Shown in pieces: positions 1 through 9,382 of a DNA stretch of 21,044 nt. A model generated the notes under the pieces. That model was not told where the DNA came from and did no database searches. It saw only the letters and a list, made by a program, of their open reading frames with translations. The DNA is from a candidate division FCPU426 bacterium. GTDB lineage: Bacteria > Oederibacteriota > Muellerivitia > Muellerivitales > Muellerivitaceae. Positions within the stretch are counted from its first letter, which is position 1. Every line of letters begins with the position of its first letter. The position numbers were made by a program, and so were the translations under genes. The stretch lies in the NCBI GenBank assembly GCA_963847625.1, contig CAWKAR010000012.1, forward strand, positions 1 through 21,044. The letters are read 5' to 3'.

Positions 1-14
1 GGAGCCATTAAAAT

Positions 15-51
15 AAAAGGGTCACCCATTCTTTATGGGTGGCCCTTTTTT
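15..51. terminator. Probable bidirectional intrinsic terminator
   Basis: AAAAGGGTCACCCAT-tcttt-ATGGGTGGCCCTTTT(TT): a 15-bp stem with one G-U pair, an A-tract on the left and a T-tract on the right. Confidence 0.75.
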
Positions 52-64
52 AGTTTAGTCGTTT

Positions 65-326
65 CCCCGGGTTGGACGAGAACCGTGGGAAAGTCTGAAA
101 ACGGGAGTTTTCAGGCCTTTCCACGGGGTACACAGGAGGCCCTTCCCCTGTGAGAGCGAAGCGAGGTTCATGTCCAATCGGGTTAAAGGGGTATGGGGGA
201 TAGTTTCCCCCCATGCTTTTCGAAGGGTACACAGGGGTACTTCCCTGTGAGCGCGAAGCGCACCCGGGTTGGACGAGAACCAGTGGGAAATTCAGAAGAA
301 CAAAGTGCTGGGGGTCCGGGAAAGAG
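65..326. repeat. Modular multi-hairpin non-coding element (REP/BIME-like composite or structured RNA)
   Basis: Module A CCCGGGTTGGACGAGAACC(A)GTGGGAAA at 66-92 and 263-290. Module B GGGTACACAGG..CCTGTGAG.GCGAAGCG at 126-163 and 225-260. Near-complement of A at 165-182. Further hairpins at 83-126 and ~193-214. No credible ORF. Confidence 0.7.
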
Positions 327-445
327 GTTCCTTCCTTAGACAATTTTTAACGAATTATTTAGGGTATCATAGCGGTAATTTTCCCCTATGAACGCGTAAC
401 ATTGATCGATTTCTACCCCAGGTCATCAGAAAACCGGAGGAAAAA

Positions 446-2051
446 ATGCTTTTAGTAAAAAAACTGAAATTCAATCTGGTTTCAAAATTCTTTTTTATTT
501 TGGCGCTTCTCTTCCCGCTCGTTTCCTCCGCGAAGGACGTCCCCTTTGAAGTCCTCCCCTGGAACGGCTACAAGGCCGCCCTATCCTTGACCTACGACGA
601 CGGCGACCCCTGTCACCTGGACGTGGCCGTCCCGGAGATGGCCAAAAGGAAACTGCGCGGGACCTTTTACCTGATCGCGGGCAACCTGACCCGCGCCGAC
701 GAGTGGAAAAAAGCCGCCATCTTCGACCAGGAGATCGGGAACCACACCATGACCCCCGCCACGTGAGCGAACTGAAACCCGACGACGAGAAAGTCGAGGT
801 GGTGGAAGCCAAGGACAAGCTGCAGCGCCTCTGCGGCGTCCGGTGCTGACGCTGGCCTATCCCTTCGTGGAGATATCGCCTGGCCTGAAGAAATGGGTCG
901 AGGCGGAAAATTTCGCCGCCCGGGGCGGGGGCGGCAACCCCTACCTCACGCCGGACATGGAACCCGACTGGTTCAACCTGCCCAGCCAAGCCACCATGAC
1001 CGCCTTCGCCTACGAGACCTACAAGGACTGGGTAGACCAGGACCTTTCCGCGGGGGCCTGGACCGTGCTGATGATCCACGCCATCGAGCCCTCGAACTGG
1101 TACCAACCCATCACCCAGGAAACCTACCTGAAATTCCTGGATTACCTGGTGGAAAAGAAGAAGGACCTCTGGACCGCGCCCTTCGGGGAAGTGTGCGCCT
1201 ATTGGCGGGCGCAAAAGACTTTGGAAAAAGCCGAGTCCCAAAAGGACGGGGACAAAACCACCCTGCGCTGGGAAAAGCCCGCCAACTTTCCCAAAGGGGT
1301 GGTGGTGAAGCTGAACATCCAGGGGGACGGCCTCCAGGTATCCCAAAAGGGTAAAGACCTGAAACCCGTCGCGAAGGATGTTTACGCTATTTCGTTCGAC
1401 GCGGGCGAACTGACCCTCGTGAACGCCGCCTGGAAAACAATTATAGCCGGTCCCACCGCCACTCCCATCGAGGCCAAGCCTGCGGTCATCGACGCCAAGA
1501 CCATCGTCGCGGCCCCCTCGAAGGATGTCTTGAAATTGGATGATTTCGAGTCCGGCGCCCCGGCTTACGGCGCCTCCTGGTGGGAGGGTTGTGACGGAAA
1601 CGGGGTCACCAAGCTCTCGCCGGTCCCCTTTTCAACTCTTGCGGGCGGTTCCCCCCAGTCTCCCGGCCACTGCGCCGGCATGAAAGGCCACATGGGCCCC
1701 ATGCAAGCGCCATGGCCTTGGGCACTGCTTTCCCTCAACCTGAGCGAAGGGGGCACTCCGGTGGACCTATCAGCTTACCAGTCCATCCGGTTCTATTCCC
1801 AAGGCGACGGGAAAACCCACGCTGTGGCCTTGAACAAGGCCGCCGTGTCCGACTATTGCGATTACCAGGCGGAATTCAGTTCCCCGGCCGATTGGACCCA
1901 GGTCACCCTTCCCTTTTCGGATTTCAAACAAGCCAATTGGGGCAAACAAGTGGAGAAAAAATTCAACGATGTGACGAAATTGACCTTTTCCCCCGGCGCC
2001 AGTGATTCGGATTTCGACTTCAAGATCGACGACCTGGAACTTCTGAAGTAA
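446..2051 (+). CDS. Secreted polysaccharide deacetylase (CE4/NodB) with a C-terminal CIA30/CBM11-like domain; reading frame broken by two 1-nt deletions (~755 and ~841)
   Basis: GGAGG RBS before ATG 446 and a signal peptide. NodB motifs LTYDDG, NHTMT(H), AYPF, LMIH. The middle frame 757-840 (RHVSELKPDDEKVEVVEAKDKLQRLCGV) bridges ORFs 446-766 and 843-2051. A PTATP linker precedes LKLDDFE..DLSAYQSIRF..GDG..W..VTLPFSDF..FKIDDLEL, typical of CIA30/CBM11. Confidence 0.85.
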
Positions 2052-2210
2052 CGAAAATTAAACATCGGCTTTTTAGCGAGATACCCCCTCGCCGGTTTTT
2101 TATTTGCCCCCTTCAAAACAAGAAAGACAATTTACAATGAATAATGAACAAAGATAAAAATAATCAGGAATTCTTAAGTCTAAAAGGCGTTAAGCAAAAC
2201 CTAGTCCTTT

Positions 2211-2305
2211 GCCACGGATTCAGGGGATGCATTTAGATTGGCCAAAGAAAAAAGGCTTTAAATATTTATGTTTATTAAATCCCATGAATCCCATGCATCC
2301 GTGGC
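2211..2305. repeat. Short inverted-repeat intergenic element (REP/MITE-like) between convergent genes
   Basis: Terminal inverted repeats GCCACGGAT...ATCCGTGGC, with internal ~9-10-nt sub-repeats (GGATTCAGGGGATGCAT / ATCCCATGAATCCCATGCATCC) around an AT-rich core. Confidence 0.6.
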
Positions 2306-2332
2306 TAGATTTATTTTGGACAGGTGTGATTT

Positions 2333-3217
2333 TTAATTGTTTATTTGATGGTGTGGGCGCTGGGCGCCCGGATCGCCCGTTGGGGGCGGCGCGTGATCCT
2401 CTTTCGCGGGCGGGCCGAGCAATTCGGTGAGGATGGGCTTCAACGCGTCCGCCCAGGCTTGGTAGCCCTTGAGGGTGGGATGAATTTTGTCTTCGGGGTT
2501 CATCATGCCGTCGAACAGTTTTCCTTTTGGGTCCGCCAACTTGCCGTTGATGTTGAGGTACCGGATTTTTTTGCCGTCGGCCATTTTGGATAACCGGTTG
2601 TTGATCCCGTCGATCAAAGGCATCAATGCCATATTGTCGTTGCGGGGGAAAATCCCGGTCACGATCAGGGTGGCGCGAGGAGCCTTCTTTTCCATGACCC
2701 CCAGGATGGCCTGAAGGCCCCGGCTGATGTCTTCTATCCTTGCCTCCCTGCCGCCGGGGGCGGCGGCATCATCGACGTTGTTGGTTCCGGCGAGCAGGAC
2801 GATGACCTTCGGATGGACCCCATCCAATTCACCATGGTTGAGGCGCCAGAGGATGTTTTGGATGCTATCGGAGCCCCATCCAAAATCGGCCGCGTTCCAG
2901 CCGAAGAAGTTCCGGTTCCAATGGGCCAGCAAATCCGGGTAATCGGTGGCGCCCCAGCGGCGGACGATGGAATCGCCCTCGAAATAAACGTCGATGCCGC
3001 CTTTTTTCGCCTTCTCCAGCAACTGGGCGTGGGCGATCCGGGAATACCGATCGGTCCGGGGAACGGGAACGTCGGCCGGAATCCACGCGGGCGTCTTTTG
3101 CCCGAGCAACCGGGTGGCCGAAAAAACCGCCGCGAGGCAGGTGATGAGAAAGGCTGTCCACCCCAAACGCCTTTTAGCTTTCAAAACTCCCCCTTGAAGA
3201 CATGTTGATTTCGGCAA
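2333..3217 (-). CDS. SGNH/GDSL-family hydrolase (PAF-acetylhydrolase-like esterase), probably exported
   Basis: Block I FEGDSI, block II FGWGSD, block III LAGTNN, block V DKIHP; hydrophobic N-terminal segment. The real start may be TTG 3184, which follows GGGGGAG. Confidence 0.9.
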   Translation of the reverse strand: MPKSTCLQGGVLKAKRRLGWTAFLITCLAAVFSATRLLGQKTPAWIPADVPVPRTDRYSRIAHAQLLEKAKKGGIDVYFEGDSIVRRWGATDYPDLLAHWNRNFFGWNAADFGWGSDSIQNILWRLNHGELDGVHPKVIVLLAGTNNVDDAAAPGGREARIEDISRGLQAILGVMEKKAPRATLIVTGIFPRNDNMALMPLIDGINNRLSKMADGKKIRYLNINGKLADPKGKLFDGMMNPEDKIHPTLKGYQAWADALKPILTELLGPPAKEDHAPPPTGDPGAQRPHHQINN

Positions 3218-3266
3218 AGACCAGCGGAAATATCATGGAACATCAGGTTGGCGAGCCCCTGGTTTC

Positions 3267-3296
3267 CTTGGGCAACAGCCCTTTCATCATTATAAT
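3267..3296 (+). promoter_or_regulatory. Possible sigma70-type promoter in the divergent intergenic region
   Basis: TTGGGC-N18-TATAAT. The palindrome ATTATAAT (3289-3296) provides a TATAAT hexamer on both strands. Confidence 0.3.
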
Positions 3297-3428
3297 TTGT
3301 AATGAACTTAAATAGTGGCCCTGAAAGTCGTCTGCGATGAGGAGCTGGGTTTATTAGTAAAGAATGGCTTCTCGGCTTAACTCCTATTGGTTTTAAAGAG
3401 ATAGCACCGCAAACTGAATGAGGATTTA

Positions 3429-4055
3429 ATGGAACCTTTCACCGCCCACGAAAAGGCAAACAGGGAAAAGTTCGACCGCTGGGCCGGCCATTTTGACCGA
3501 TGGGGTTTTGCCTTCCGGTATTTCCAAAAAAGGGTCCTTTCCCGCTTGGCACCCCCGAAAGGCTCAGCCTTCCTGGATTTAGGCTGCGGAACCGGTTGGG
3601 CGGTTTGCCGTGTTGCCAGATTATTGGTGGGGCAGGGTTTTTTTGTCGGTGTCGACATTTCCGAAAAAATGATCGAAAAGGCCGAGGCGAACTCAAAAGG
3701 GCTCGCGAACGTCCACTTTCATGTGGCCAGCGTGGAGGCTCTTCCCTTAAAAAATGAGACTTTTGACAACGTTATTTGCACTTTTTCATTCCACCATTAC
3801 TTGAACCCCGGAAAGGCCCTCTCCGAGGCGCGCCGGGTTTTAAAACCCAAAGGAAAAATTTTCATATTGGACCCCACTCCGGACGACTTTCTCACGAAAT
3901 GGATCGACCGGTTGGGGGCTAAATACGATAAAGGGCATGTGAAGCAATACAGCACCGAAGAATTCGGGCAAATGTTTTCAGAAAAGGGTTTAAAACACAT
4001 TGAGAGCAGGACCATTCTGGTGTATCCGGTAAAGTTGCATATCGCGGAAAAATGA
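3429..4055 (+). CDS. Class I SAM-dependent methyltransferase (Methyltransf_11/UbiE-like)
   Basis: Motif I FLDLGCGTG, VGVDISEKMI, ASVEALP..FD, FSFHH, RRVLKPKG; GAGG RBS upstream. Confidence 0.92.
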   Translation: MEPFTAHEKANREKFDRWAGHFDRWGFAFRYFQKRVLSRLAPPKGSAFLDLGCGTGWAVCRVARLLVGQGFFVGVDISEKMIEKAEANSKGLANVHFHVASVEALPLKNETFDNVICTFSFHHYLNPGKALSEARRVLKPKGKIFILDPTPDDFLTKWIDRLGAKYDKGHVKQYSTEEFGQMFSEKGLKHIESRTILVYPVKLHIAEK

Positions 4056-4130
4056 ATTAAGGGCTAAGAATAAATGGAAACCCGGGAAATCACGCGATGG
4101 TTCATTCTAACCTGTGACCCACCGTTGGCC

Positions 4131-4167
4131 GGGATTGCCACGCTGCATGATTCGCTACTCGCAACGA
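4131..4167 (+). repeat. Degenerate REP-like half element
   Basis: GGGATTGCCACG..N..CTCGCAACGA, resembling the widespread GATTGCCACG...CTCGCAATGAC intergenic repeat; a related copy lies at 18196-18246. Confidence 0.4.
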
Positions 4168-4268
4168 ATGATGTGGGTTAAAAAAGTCGGGGCGATTTGG
4201 CATCTTTGCTCCATTCTTAAAAAGATTTATACTCGATGTTCTATCCATAATATGAATCGAGGTTCCAT

Positions 4269-5048
4269 ATGAAAAAATCCGCCCTTCTTTTATCCTTCCT
4301 GTTGTGCGGTTGCGCCACGACCACCTTCACCAGCCTGAGGAACCAGAACTCCCCGGCCCAGCCATGCCGGAAAATGCTCGTTTGGGCGGACGTGAAAGAT
4401 TTGGAGTCCCGACAAATCATCGAGGATAAAATGTTCAACCTCTCAGGCTACGATGAATCTAAAACGCTCCAACTCAACCGGGTGATCCCAACCCAAAAGG
4501 AATTCCTTGAACCTAACGTGGTTAAAACTAATCGAATACATAGTTACCAGACCCAAAAGGGGTTCAACAAACATTTCGCCCTTCAAAGTTACCAGGTTTT
4601 CGACCCGTCAATACCGCTCGATATAAAGGAGTTCAAACAGAAAATTAAAACATTGGGGTTCGATTCCATCCTAATCATCGGTTTCACACACCCTTTCCAG
4701 CCCACCCGCGTCAATTTTTTCATGCCTAAAACCACGCGGCGTTTCGGCACTTATTTCAATCCGAAATACCCCAAGCAAACGGGCTCTGAACACACTTCCC
4801 AGGAAAATTTCGGTATTCACGCAGAGCTTTACAACACCAGTAACTATGGCTTGGTTTGGGTCAGCGATTCAGACCACAAGGGGGACAAGACCATTTCAAA
4901 TTTTGATACCCTGATGGACGCGTACGGGGACGACTTGATGAACAAACTACAGAAGGACGGCTTTTTAATCCTTTCGAAGGGCGACTTGAAAGAGGCGCAA
5001 AATGTGGAGGAAGACAGCTATTGGAATTACGGACACCCGAATCGCTGA
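4269..5048 (+). CDS. Hypothetical lipoprotein
   Basis: MKK, a hydrophobic stretch and a lipobox LCGC; GAGG RBS; 259-aa ORF with lower GC than its neighbours; candidate promoter TTGCTC-N16-TATACT at 4206-4233. Confidence 0.8.
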   Translation: MKKSALLLSFLLCGCATTTFTSLRNQNSPAQPCRKMLVWADVKDLESRQIIEDKMFNLSGYDESKTLQLNRVIPTQKEFLEPNVVKTNRIHSYQTQKGFNKHFALQSYQVFDPSIPLDIKEFKQKIKTLGFDSILIIGFTHPFQPTRVNFFMPKTTRRFGTYFNPKYPKQTGSEHTSQENFGIHAELYNTSNYGLVWVSDSDHKGDKTISNFDTLMDAYGDDLMNKLQKDGFLILSKGDLKEAQNVEEDSYWNYGHPNR

Positions 5049-5097
5049 TGGGGCCTATGAATGCCGCAAGAACAACCAGGAAAAGGAATTATTCCAC

Positions 5098-6180
5098 ATG
5101 AAAATTCTCAAAGGTAAGGCCGCAAAATCAAAAATCCTTTTTTCACTTTTATTTACCGTCTTCTCGATTGCCCAAGGGAGCCCCACCGCCCTCCCCGACA
5201 GTCCCCTTATCCAATATTCGGGCCGGATCGACTTTTCCGATTCCAAGGCGCCGCGGTTCGATTGGCCGGGCGTTTCAATCCTGGTGAGATTCAAGGGAAA
5301 ATCCATCGGCTTTCTACTAGAGGATGGGGGCAACGACTATGACGTCCAGGTGGACGGCCAGCCCGTGACCGTCTGGGTGACCCAACCCGACCAAAATCTC
5401 TACACCTTGGCCGGCCTGGCCAACCGGGAGCATACCGTCCGGGTCGTCAAACGAACCGAGGCCCTTTTTGGGACCGCTATCTTCAAGGGGCTGGTTTTGT
5501 CCGAGGGCGGCGCCCTGTTAAAACCTCCCCCCAAGCCGGCAAGGAAAATCGAAATCATCGGGGATTCCTTCGTCTGCGGCTACGGGGACGAGGCGACCAC
5601 CCTGAAATGCGAGAACCTCAGGCCCTATGAGAACGCCGACAAGGCCTTCGGGGCGGAGGCCGCCCGCGACCTGAACGCCGAATACGTCCTGGTCGCCTAT
5701 TCCGGAAAAGGCATCATGCGCAATTGGGGGGACAAAAACAAAAAATCCACCGACCCCTTTCCGACCCTTTATGACCGAATCCTGTGCCATGATCCCGACA
5801 GGCAATGGGATTTTTCACAATGGATTCCCGACGCGGTGGTCATCCACCTCGGCCAAAATGACTTTTCCAGTAAGCCCGAGGCCGACAGCCAGGAATACAT
5901 CGAGGGTTACGTCAAGCTGATCAAGGAAATCCGGGAAAAGTGCCCCTCCGCCTTTGTTTATTGTTTCGCGACCACGGGCTGGCCCGGGTACAGTTCCTAC
6001 GTGGAACAGGTGGTGACCAAGCGCCATGAAGCCGGCGACGAACACGTCTATTTTGTAGGCTATCCCAATGTCCCCGCGGACGAGTTGGGCTGCGATTACC
6101 ATCCCCAGGTCAAGGCCCAAAAAATTCTGGCGGAAATCCTTGTCCCCGTGATGAGGGACACTTTGGGTTGGAAAGATTGA
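5098..6180 (+). CDS. CE2-like SGNH carbohydrate esterase (acetyl xylan esterase-like) with an N-terminal beta-sandwich
   Basis: Signal peptide from ATG 5098 (AAGGA upstream). YSGR..FDWPG and H.VRVVKRTE (CE2 N-domain), IEIIGDSFVCGYG, AYSGKG, IHLGQND, GCDYHP. Confidence 0.88.
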   Translation: MKILKGKAAKSKILFSLLFTVFSIAQGSPTALPDSPLIQYSGRIDFSDSKAPRFDWPGVSILVRFKGKSIGFLLEDGGNDYDVQVDGQPVTVWVTQPDQNLYTLAGLANREHTVRVVKRTEALFGTAIFKGLVLSEGGALLKPPPKPARKIEIIGDSFVCGYGDEATTLKCENLRPYENADKAFGAEAARDLNAEYVLVAYSGKGIMRNWGDKNKKSTDPFPTLYDRILCHDPDRQWDFSQWIPDAVVIHLGQNDFSSKPEADSQEYIEGYVKLIKEIREKCPSAFVYCFATTGWPGYSSYVEQVVTKRHEAGDEHVYFVGYPNVPADELGCDYHPQVKAQKILAEILVPVMRDTLGWKD

Positions 6181-6293
6181 AATCTATAAAGAAGACCCGC
6201 GCTATTGCCATTATATTTTGGAATTTCCGGGAGGTTAGTGCGAAAATCGGGGAGAAGGCCGAAGCGTTTAAAAACCGGTGAAAAAGGGGAAAC

Positions 6294-6737
6294 ATGTCTT
6301 TGAAAAAGGGTTGGATTGAAAACATAAATAGGTCGGGCTCCCCGGTGATGGTGGATTATAAAGTGTTATCGGACCTGGAACTCGCCCAACTGACCAAGGA
6401 CCCCAATTTTTCCCATACGACCATGCACAATTCTGATTTGGCGCGGATGATGGCGCACTTGTTGCGCACCACGCCTGATGATCTCTTGGCGGGCCGGATC
6501 GTTTTTTGCAGCCAGGAACCCCTGAAGCCGGGCCTGCACCTGGAAGTCATCACCCATGTCGCGGACTACAATTGCCCGTTGCACTTTATCGCGGAAGCCC
6601 ACAACGTCGGCTTCGAGGCCGAAATGAAGGAAATGGTTTTTTCCACCGGCATGAAGGTCACGGCCGTCCACAAGGGGGATATGGACGTCCTTTCCCGGGC
6701 CATTGAACTCCGCAAAAATAACCCGGAAAAGGAATGA
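6294..6737 (+). CDS. Hypothetical protein, degenerate PilZ-like domain
   Basis: AGGGG RBS. DDLLAGRIVF.SQEPLKPG.HLEV...PLHFIAE...STGMK...D...LSRAI follows the PilZ barrel pattern, but the RxxxR and DxSxxG motifs are not intact. Confidence 0.6.
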   Translation: MSLKKGWIENINRSGSPVMVDYKVLSDLELAQLTKDPNFSHTTMHNSDLARMMAHLLRTTPDDLLAGRIVFCSQEPLKPGLHLEVITHVADYNCPLHFIAEAHNVGFEAEMKEMVFSTGMKVTAVHKGDMDVLSRAIELRKNNPEKE

Positions 6738-6841
6738 TTCCGCTTTGAGGGCTTATAAAAACTTGGAGTTAGAGCAAAGGGCCAGATCCCAATTTTCTCG
6801 GGGCGAAAAAGAAAAAAGCGATTTGCAGGTTGTAATAATCC

Positions 6842-9240
6842 TTAGGGTGTTGAGATTTTGATTTTCTGCTTCCCTTCCTTCAAGGCCAAGCTCTTCCCCC
6901 TCCAAACCAGGTTCCCCGTCAAGCCATGAGGCAGGGTGACTTCCCCCGACAATCCGGATTCTCCCTCGTGGACGAACCGGACCTGGATAGGTCCCAAGGG
7001 GTGCGGCATACTTCCTTCCACCCAGGTCAGGGGCCCCAGGTAAGGCTCCACGCGCACGGTCTTGAAACCGGGCGACCCCGGCTCAATGCCGCAAACGCTG
7101 GCCAACAATTCGTAATTAGGGCTGGCGCTCCAGGCGTGGCAATCGGACCTCGTGGGCTCGGGCCTCTCCGCGAAGGTGGACAAACCCCTCCTCAGCATTT
7201 CCCTCCAGGGCTCCAGCATCCCTATATAACTCTCCCCTAAGCCCGCCGTCTTCATGGCCCAGTACAGGTAAAACCGATAGTAGTAGGTGCATTGGATCAG
7301 GGATTTGTCGGAGGCAACTTTTACCATCAGTTCCTTTTGAATGGACGCGGGTGCCGCGTCCGTCAGCACCGCCAGGAGGTTGGCGTGCTGGCTGAAGTTT
7401 TCCTTATCGGGACTGTCCGCCAGCAGTCCGCGTTTTTCGTCCCAGCACAGGCCCCAAACCGAGCCCTTCACCTGATCCGCCAAGGCGCGGTAATGCTCCG
7501 CCTCCGCCTCCCGGTGGAACGCGCGGAACAAATCGGCGGCGTTTTGGAGCGCCATGACGTACTGAAGGGTGAGAATGGAGGAACGGCCCTTTTCCGCGCC
7601 CGTGGGCACCCCGCCGGTATTTAAATCGTTGTCCCAGGGCCATTGGTCGGTCCAGTCCACGAAATTCCACCAGGGGACCGGCCCCAGCATCCCCGACTCG
7701 TCCAAGTGCCTCTCATGGAACGCCAGGACGCTTTCGATCCCGGGCAGGAAGGAGGCTACGAAATCCGGGTCGTCCCGGTGCATCCAGTAGTCGCGCACCA
7801 TGTCCACCCAAAAAAGCGAGAAGGGGGGGATGATCTGCGGCATGGAGTTTGGATAGCGGCTTTGGGTCAATCCTTCGGGACCCCGGGAATCGTCGTACTG
7901 CCGGAGGGCGTTACGCATGAGCCGGTCGTCGCCCGTCATGTACAGGGAAATCAGGGCCTGGATGCGGGTGTCTCCCGTGTACTGGAGTTGCTCGTAATAG
8001 GGGCAGTCGTAGTAGGTTTCCCCGGCGCAGAGGCGGGCGGTGCGCCAGCCCGTTTTCCAGAGGGCCTCCAGGGAAGGGTCACTGCTGGAAAAGGAGGCTT
8101 TCTCCACGAAGGGGTAGCCCGTGTACCGGCCGTGGAAATCGTGGATCGTCAGGGGTGCGTCCGCGGTCTTTATCCTCATTTCGATAAACCGGTAAGTCCT
8201 GAACCAGAGGGTTTCGAACAAGCGGCCGGTTCCGCCGTCTGGAAGGAAAAGGTCTTGGCTCCCCTCGATGTGCTTGCCCTCGATTTCCCCGCGATTCCCT
8301 TTTTTATGGTCACGGTCAACAAGCGCCTCGGCGTAAGTCAGGCGGATTTCGGATCCTTCCCCGCCGCTGACCGATAGTTGGGGATAAGCGGTGGTGAGGT
8401 AGGTTTGATCCAAAAGCAAAACGGCTTGGGTTCGTTTTGGGAGGACCAGGTCGCCTTTACCCTCCAGGAAAGCCGTTTGGGGCTCGATCCCCTCACAGCG
8501 ACGGATGGTAGGGACGCCCTCCAAGCTTGATTCCATGGGAGGGATGGGCCGCGGCACCAGGCCCCAGGTGGTGTCTGCGCCCACTCCCTTGGGCTGGGCT
8601 CGCCAAAGTGATTTGGGTTCCACCCAATTGGAATCGTCGAAATCCGTTTTTTCCCAGCCCCAGGGGTATTGGGCGCCGTCCACCCTCTCGCAGGGCCCGG
8701 TCCAGGTGCCGTCCAGGGGCATAATAGGACTGATTGCGGGATTCCGGAGAACCTTCCAACCCTTTCCCGTGTTGACGGCCGATTCATCTTCACCATCACC
8801 CTGTACGAGAAAAGCGGTGCGGCGGGTGACTTGGTTCCAGGGAAGGTAATCCCCGTAATTCCAAACCAGGGCTGCCAGGACGTTTTTTCCGGCTTTGAGT
8901 TGGCCGGCCACGTCCACGGTCTCGAAACGCCAATGGGCCAGGTCCCCCCGCGCCGGGCCGTCGCACACGAATTGCCCGTTCACGTAGAGGCGGTACCGGT
9001 TGTCGGCTGAGACATGCAGGATGAACCGGCCGGGCTTTTGGCCAAGTTGAACCCCTTGCGGAATAGGAAAACGCCGAATTCGCTGGAGGATGCGGTGGGA
9101 TGGGCGATCCATTCGGCGGGCCAAACCCGGTTGAGAAGCTTGGGGTTGATAGTTTCGGACGATTCACCAGCGTTCGCGAAAGATGCCATAAACAAACCTC
9201 CTAATAGGACCGCGATTCCCAAAGATATTTTTAACTTCAT
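6842..9240 (-). CDS. Secreted alpha-L-rhamnosidase (GH78); one 1-nt deletion near 9036-9042
   Basis: The signal peptide and W.AEWI...FRKGF.L in ORF 8980-9240 join HVSADNRYRLYVNG..GPARGD in ORF 6842-9124. GH78 motifs DCPYYEQLQYTGD, FVDW, TFAE, RSDCHAWS, P.G.I.V. Confidence 0.9.
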
Positions 9241-9382
9241 TTTTCCTAAATCCTCTAGTCTTCCATCTGAAGCTGGAAATTCTTTTAAATCAATTCTACT
9301 TTCGGCAATGGATAAGGTAGAGGTTTTTCACATATTGGACGAAAATCAAGAAGGGTGATGCTCCCTCATCCAATCTTCCGTT

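Noticed and set aside
50..343. 97-aa minus-strand ORF over the structured element
   Set aside because: TTG start, a Pro-rich sequence that simply mirrors the DNA repeats, and complete overlap with the hairpin modules.
2076..2105. Possible terminator after the CE4 gene (GCGAG-N7-CTCGC then a T-tract)
   Set aside because: The stem is only 5 bp and is separated from the T-run; too weak to call.
5002..5097. Extended N-terminus of the CE2-like ORF
   Set aside because: It overlaps the lipoprotein gene; ATG 5098 has an RBS and directly begins a signal peptide.
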